A stretch of DNA of 64,000 bases from positions 4,154,001-4,218,000 of the forward strand of contig NC_045710.1 in the NCBI RefSeq assembly GCF_009834535.1. The letters are read 5' to 3'. The position numbers were made by a program, and so were the translations under genes. The notes beneath the pieces are model-generated. The model did no database searches. It was given only the letters and a program-made list of their open reading frames with translations, and was not told the origin of the DNA. Of the stretch, positions 58,764-64,000 are shown piece by piece. Source of the DNA: Camelus ferus. Its lineage: Eukaryota. Numbering within the stretch: position 1 is the stretch's first letter; each line of letters starts with the position of its first letter.

Positions 58764-61700
58764 AGGAGGCACGACGCTGGGACGAGACCCTGCTCCGGGA
58801 AGCGCGGTCCTCCCCACCCCCACCCGCCGTCCCCGCTCACCAAACATCTTTCTTGCCTTATGTGCCCCATCGAGCTTCAGTGTCACGCCAGATGCCGTGA
58901 TTTCAGGGACCAATGTCAGACCGTTTGCGCAGGCCCGGGACGCCATCACCCAGGCATGGGGAGGGCGAGGCTGGCGTGGGTGGGGCATGTCCCGTCCCCA
59001 CAGAATCGGTCTCTCCAGACGTGAGCGGGGAGGTGCTGTGCGGAGCACCGCGGGCAGTCTTCTCCCAGTGGTGGCAGACCAGGGGCGGCCGGCGGCTGCT
59101 TCGGCGCCTTCTCGTGCACAACGTAGCCCGTCTCCTCCTTGGCATCCCGCTGGCGCCACGTTGCCCAGAGAAGAAGTCTTTTAAGGATTGCGTCTCACTG
59201 CAGACCAAGTCCGAGTGTTCTGACTTGAGAAAAGCACTCTGGTTATGACAGCTCTTTTTATTACTAATGGCATTTAGTAAAATCCTTTTTCGAAGGCATC
59301 TTTTTTTTTTTCCAACTGAGAAGTGAAAAATCAACAAGGTGCGTCTAAACCATCCTATGCCTTTCTTGAAACGTGCGTTTGGGGGAAGCTGTTGTTAAAT
59401 GGCCTTTCCGGCTCGGCCGCCTTCCAGGAGATTTAGAAAGCCTTATGTGCTCTTTGCGTTTTTCTTGAAACTTGTAGACTTTTTGGATGCTGCCCGCGGT
59501 GGGACTGCTACAAACGCGGTTCCTGGAGCGTTGCGTCTCCTTGAGAATACTGGGTGTTTAAAGAAACATCTCCATCCTTAGATCTGCCTTTTGTTTTTCT
59601 CTCTCTGGTGATTCAGCTCAGCTCCCAGGGCTCCCTGTTTTCTCATCCAGGTATCCGCAAATATTTTTTTTAATGTCTTCAGAAGCTAAATGTTTTACTT
59701 GGACACAGTTCTGTTGAGACTTACTTTGGTTTGTTGGCCTGTAGCGTCAGTCTCCGCCCGCGGATGCTACCAGCGAGCAGTGATGTTGACGCCAGGGGGG
59801 CGGGGCCTCCCCGGGGCTGAGGGAGAAGCTTCTGGGTTTCGCAGTTTTTGTAATGACTGAGTAACTGTGGAGAAATCGTCTGTCCTACACACTCCCCAGT
59901 CTAGTTGCTCACCATGTCACCTCTGCTGGGGGGGGAAGAAAAACAACTTCCATTTCATTTGTGTTGATTGGGGTCTTAACCTCTCGGCCTTGGACAGGCT
60001 GTGTGTGGCTGTTACCGTGCCAACGGGATGCCCGGTTCAGTTAGGCACATGGTTCTCCATCAGTCGACTTTGAAAAGCGGGGAAAGTGCGTTCTTTACAG
60101 AAAGTTGACTTTAATACGGTTTTTAAAGGGCAAAATGATTGCATCCAACTTGCGACTTCTAAAACTAGTACAAAGGGGAGTGGGGTAGACGTACTGCTGC
60201 AGTGGGACTTTTGAAGAGCTTATTAAGCATCCACAGAGGAGTGAAGTGAAAACAGCGCCTGGCTTCTGCCTCAGTTCTGCGTTACAGGCACGTTTGTGCC
60301 GCGTGGCGCTGTTCTGTGTCTCCCACGTCTGCATTTGGGGATCCGTCTCAGGTCCTGGTGTACCTGCCCGTATAGAAATGTCTCTATTTCTTCACACTTA
60401 ATAGGTTAGGAGAATCAGGGTCACCCCACTCTTCCCCTTGAAACTGAAGCCATTTAGGAAGCCAGTCTGTGTCCAAATTTTGTGCAAAAAGTCTTCCTTA
60501 TAGTTGCAGTTTAAAAACTCGGCCACTGAGGGAAACCATGCCTGAGGCCAGCCTTCTGGACGGCCCCCAGGCCCTGAGTCCCTGTTGCTGCAGAGGATGT
60601 GATGGAGGGAGGATGGCTTTTCTAGAGAGAGTCACAGCCCCGTGAGGTCAGAAGGTGAGGTCGATGGCCCAGGCTGGAGACCTCATTTGTGATTTGTGAG
60701 TACATGTATCTCCCAGCGTCTTTTAAAATTCCTAAGGAAGACGGCAGGCTGGTGGCCCATGTCCAGTGGTCCACAGGGCAGGCCTTCACCTGTCCCAGGC
60801 CATCCCGCCTGGATTCGCTGCTGCCCACTGCCCGGGTCCGTACAGTGGTACCCCTTCCTGCAGGGCGGGAACCGGAGCCTTTGGAACGCTTGCATCCGTT
60901 GGGCCAGAGTTCAGACCTCTTTATCCCTAGTGGCGGGGCTGTCCAGCTCCTGGAGGAGTCCGTGGGCAATCATGCACATCACAGCGCCGACCGTCTCTGT
61001 GCCTTCACCCCGACACCTTCACAGCACGTGGTTTGACCCAGGTAGGGACCACTGAGATTCTGGGGCCAGGCGAGGCTGAAGGAGCGCCTGTTTGCCCCGA
61101 GTTTTTGCATCACACATGGCCCGGCGTGCTCAGTTGGATTCTGTGATGACAAAGTAAGACTGTCCGTTCCCTGGAAGGACACCAGTGGGACCACACTGAG
61201 ATCTGCACATAAACCTGCGTGCCCCCCATCTGACTTCTTTTCTTTCCGTGAGGACTACCATCCCCTTAGTTCACGGGGACGCATGTGGACCAGGCTTGAT
61301 GTAAGATGCAAATGGGACGTGGGAAGATGGCCTGTGTTTTGGGTTTTGACCTGCCTGTCAGTCCCGGGAAGACCTGGGGGCTTGATGCTGAGGAGATGGA
61401 CCTGTTCCTGCTGTTCAGCGTGGTTTGTCTTCGTTGAAGATGACACGTTTAAAGATGGTTTTCACGCTGACCCTCTGGAAGCATGTGTCTGTCTATCCAG
61501 TTCGAGGCCTCTAAATCCCAGGGGGGAGGGGAGAAGGAACCCGGAGAGGGACCATGGCCGACTCTGCCGCTGTCCGGGTGGGGTGCTGACAGCGGGCACG
61601 CTGACCGGTAGGTGGCCTAGTCCCTCGGTAATTGACCACATGGGCGGTCTCACCGGCTGTGCCTGCCCTCGAGGCCGGGCTCTGGCGTGCATCCTTTAGC

Positions 61701-62310
61701 CAAGCTCTGCCATCATCACGGGCATCACTGTACACGTCCACGTGGCAGAGACTGACCTAGGACTTGAGCACAGACAGAACCTTCGATAGACGAATCGCTG
61801 TCCAAACCAGTGCTTCCTCCAGTAGCCGCAGACTGAGGAACCAAGACCTGCCGCCTCTGGCACCTTTTAAAAGGGAGCAAATTCTCTTGACAGCGTATTA
61901 TTCCATCAGACTGTTTTAGGACAGGCCAGCTCCTGACTAGAGCGTGGCCCACGGGGAGGGGGTTATCAGATACGCAAAAATTACTCCGGGACGATTTTAT
62001 CTTTCTCACCTACATCACAAAGGTTAAAAATTATTTAGCAGGTAAGAAGAGGGCACTTTCCCTCGGTCATCTCTAAGAATCAGAGGCTTGGAAAGAACCA
62101 GGGTGGCTTTTTGTGTATTTCTCAGACTCTCGCTTATTAATAAACACCCCGTATGTGTGTATAAATCGCAGTGAAGTCATCGAGGGAAACCTTTTGCATG
62201 TATAAAGCTTCCTGAAGGTCTCTTTTAAAAAAATACCAAAGTTTGTGTATTCCTTCTCATTAACTCTCAAACCTTCATGAAAAATAAACAAAACAAAGAG
62301 TTATGACTGG
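58764..62310 (+). other. RNF144A: RNF144A 3'UTR (end approximate; may extend to about 62940)
   Basis: Follows the TAG stop and lacks obvious interspersed repeats. Candidate poly(A) hexamers at 62139, 62283 and 62914. No transcript evidence is available. Confidence 0.6.
62283..62288 (+). terminator. Candidate polyadenylation signal AATAAA
   Basis: AATAAA preceded by several TGTA elements (about 62156, 62199, 62246). A second AATAAA is at 62139-62144. Confidence 0.5.
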
Positions 62311-62582
62311 TCTTGTCAAAAATGCTGGAGGGAAAGAAGGAGGTGCATTGAAGGAGAATGCGTGCCTCCTCACCAGGAGAGCCTGCCTTTGGGTGTGTGA
62401 AGCCCGTGGTCTCCCCCATCCGTGGTTTGCATAATCCTGTCTTCTGCGATTCCGGCAGCCGTCAGGAAGGGGTGGGGACCCGACCTTTCCTTCATTCCGC
62501 GCTCATTTTACCGTGGGTGTATTTTAATCTTGTATAAAAATATGCATGAATGAGTCATGCACATGTATACATTACGTATTTG

Positions 62583-62732
62583 NNNNNNNNNNNNNNNNNN
62601 NNNNNNNNNNNNNNNNNNNNNNNNNNNNNNNNNNNNNNNNNNNNNNNNNNNNNNNNNNNNNNNNNNNNNNNNNNNNNNNNNNNNNNNNNNNNNNNNNNNN
62701 NNNNNNNNNNNNNNNNNNNNNNNNNNNNNNNN
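62583..62732. other. N block (150 nt)
   Basis: Read directly from the sequence. Flanks are non-repeat and AT-rich. Confidence 0.98.
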
Positions 62733-62977
62733 TATGGAAAATTTTGATTTGTAATTTCAATACATATTTTAAAGTGTACTGCGTCTTATGTAGTTTGTCC
62801 CCCCTTTAGAAGGGATTTCTTTTTAAAGCTATTTTGGCTGGAATACAGGTTACTTTTGTAAATCCTGTCTGGCTCTGTCTTTTGTACATTCTTAGGTGGC
62901 TGCTGGCTTGCAGATTAAAAACGTTGTGAAGGTTGGATGTGGACAGGAGGGGGAGCTTACACCACTGGGAAAACAGC

Positions 62978-63405
62978 TTTTTAAAATTAAGCTATAATTA
63001 ATATATACTATTATATTGTTTCGGGTGTACAGCATAGTGAGTCAAAATTTTTATGCATCATGTGATGGTCACATTAAGACCAGCTACCGTGCAAAGCTCC
63101 CATCCAAAGCGGCTGCAGTCGTATGAACTGTATTCCCTGTTACATTACATCCCCAGACTTACTTACCTTCTCGGGGGAAGTTTGTATCTCTTAATCTCCT
63201 TCACGTATTTTGTGCAGCCCCTGCCCCCTCCCCTCTGGCAAACCCTGGTTGGTTCTCTGTAACTGTGAGTCTGTTTCTGTTATGTTTTGTTGGCTTGTTT
63301 GTTTTATTTTGTTGATTCCACATAGAATTGAAACCGTATGATCCTTGTTTTTCACCGTCTGGCTTAGTTCACTTAGCACGTCGCCCTCGGGGTCCGTCCC
63401 CGTGT
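62978..63405 (-). mobile_element. L1 (L1MA/MB-like) 3' fragment
   Basis: gtttcgggtgtacagcatagtga...tgtgagtctgtttctg...ttccacata...tctggcttagttcacttagca. The ORF 63191-63379(-) MLSELSQTVKNKDHTVSILCGI resembles the L1 ORF2 end. Confidence 0.7.
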
Positions 63406-64000
63406 TCTGAGGCTTCCTGTCTTGCCAATGCTCTCAACTCCCTTGAAGCCCAAACGATCCTGGGTGTGGAGTGAGGGAGCCCACTCCCGCCCTCCCTGCC
63501 CCCACCTCAAGGAGCCAGCCCAGGACAGCGGCTTCGGAGAGCACCTCCCCCTCCATCCACAGAGACAAGTACTTACAAAGCTGCCAAAGGTTATGGGAGC
63601 ATCAGAGAAAGTCAGTGAGCATCCTTTCACTGTGGGGAAAAAGGGTAAGTGGATACTGTGTGCTTAATAGGAGAAAAAATAGTAGCTGAGTGTTTCCCCT
63701 TAATTTTCTCATCTAAACTTCATGGAAGAGTGTGTGTGTATACCTCGTCCTGTAACATGAAACGAAAAGTCAGGAATAGGTTCACATGTTGAAAACCATC
63801 CTTAGAATCTCAAAGTGCAGATGGGGGCAGGTGCATTTTGTGGGCTGGTGGCCAGACACAGTGTCCCTGCTCACTAGGGGCCCCTCGTCAGGAAGGAGGC
63901 AGATCCAGGGTGGTGGTGGCTGCGCACCGCACTTCAGCCAGGGTGGGGGCCGGAGGAGGCTGTTGGGAGAGTGAGGCGTGTGAACAGGGTCTTGCAGGCG

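Noticed and set aside
1-64000. Prokaryotic or novel multi-gene systems (CRISPR, operons, rRNA, foreign inserts)
   Set aside because: The sequence is uniformly mammalian intron/exon/TE in character. There are no regularly spaced repeat-spacer arrays, long codon-biased ORFs or compositional inserts suggesting foreign DNA.

Overview
Mammalian genomic DNA, GC- and CpG-rich. It is probably from a camelid: six tRNA-derived SINEs resemble the camelid vic-1 type, and no Alu, B1/B2 or Bov-tA elements are evident. The window holds the complete coding sequence of one + strand gene, RNF144A (RBR-type E3 ubiquitin ligase), in 7 coding exons: 25487-25621, 38370-38474, 38610-38670, 43434-43641, 47565-47712, 53354-53443 and 58632-58763. 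These total 879 nt, giving 292 aa plus stop, with RING1-IBR-RING2, catalytic Cys198 and a C-terminal TM helix carrying G252xxxG256. Bases 1-25475 appear to be intronic; the promoter and upstream non-coding exons were not identified and probably lie upstream of the window. A 3'UTR of about 3.5-4 kb follows the stop codon. The rest is intron with L1 3' fragments, SINEs, MLT1 LTRs, MER58, MIR/L2, simple repeats and four N blocks. Almost all ORF-track entries are spurious. I found no evidence of a new multi-gene system. The most notable observations are: (1) two independently inserted, same-family antisense solo LTRs that bracket the start-codon exon; (2) a 135-nt GC-AG intron that stays in frame and open until the TAG of its own acceptor; (3) a NAGNAG acceptor in the IBR-RING2 linker; (4) an intragenic CpG-rich island; (5) a twin-primed, 5'-inverted mini-L1; (6) an N block whose length exactly matches the homologous L1 span.
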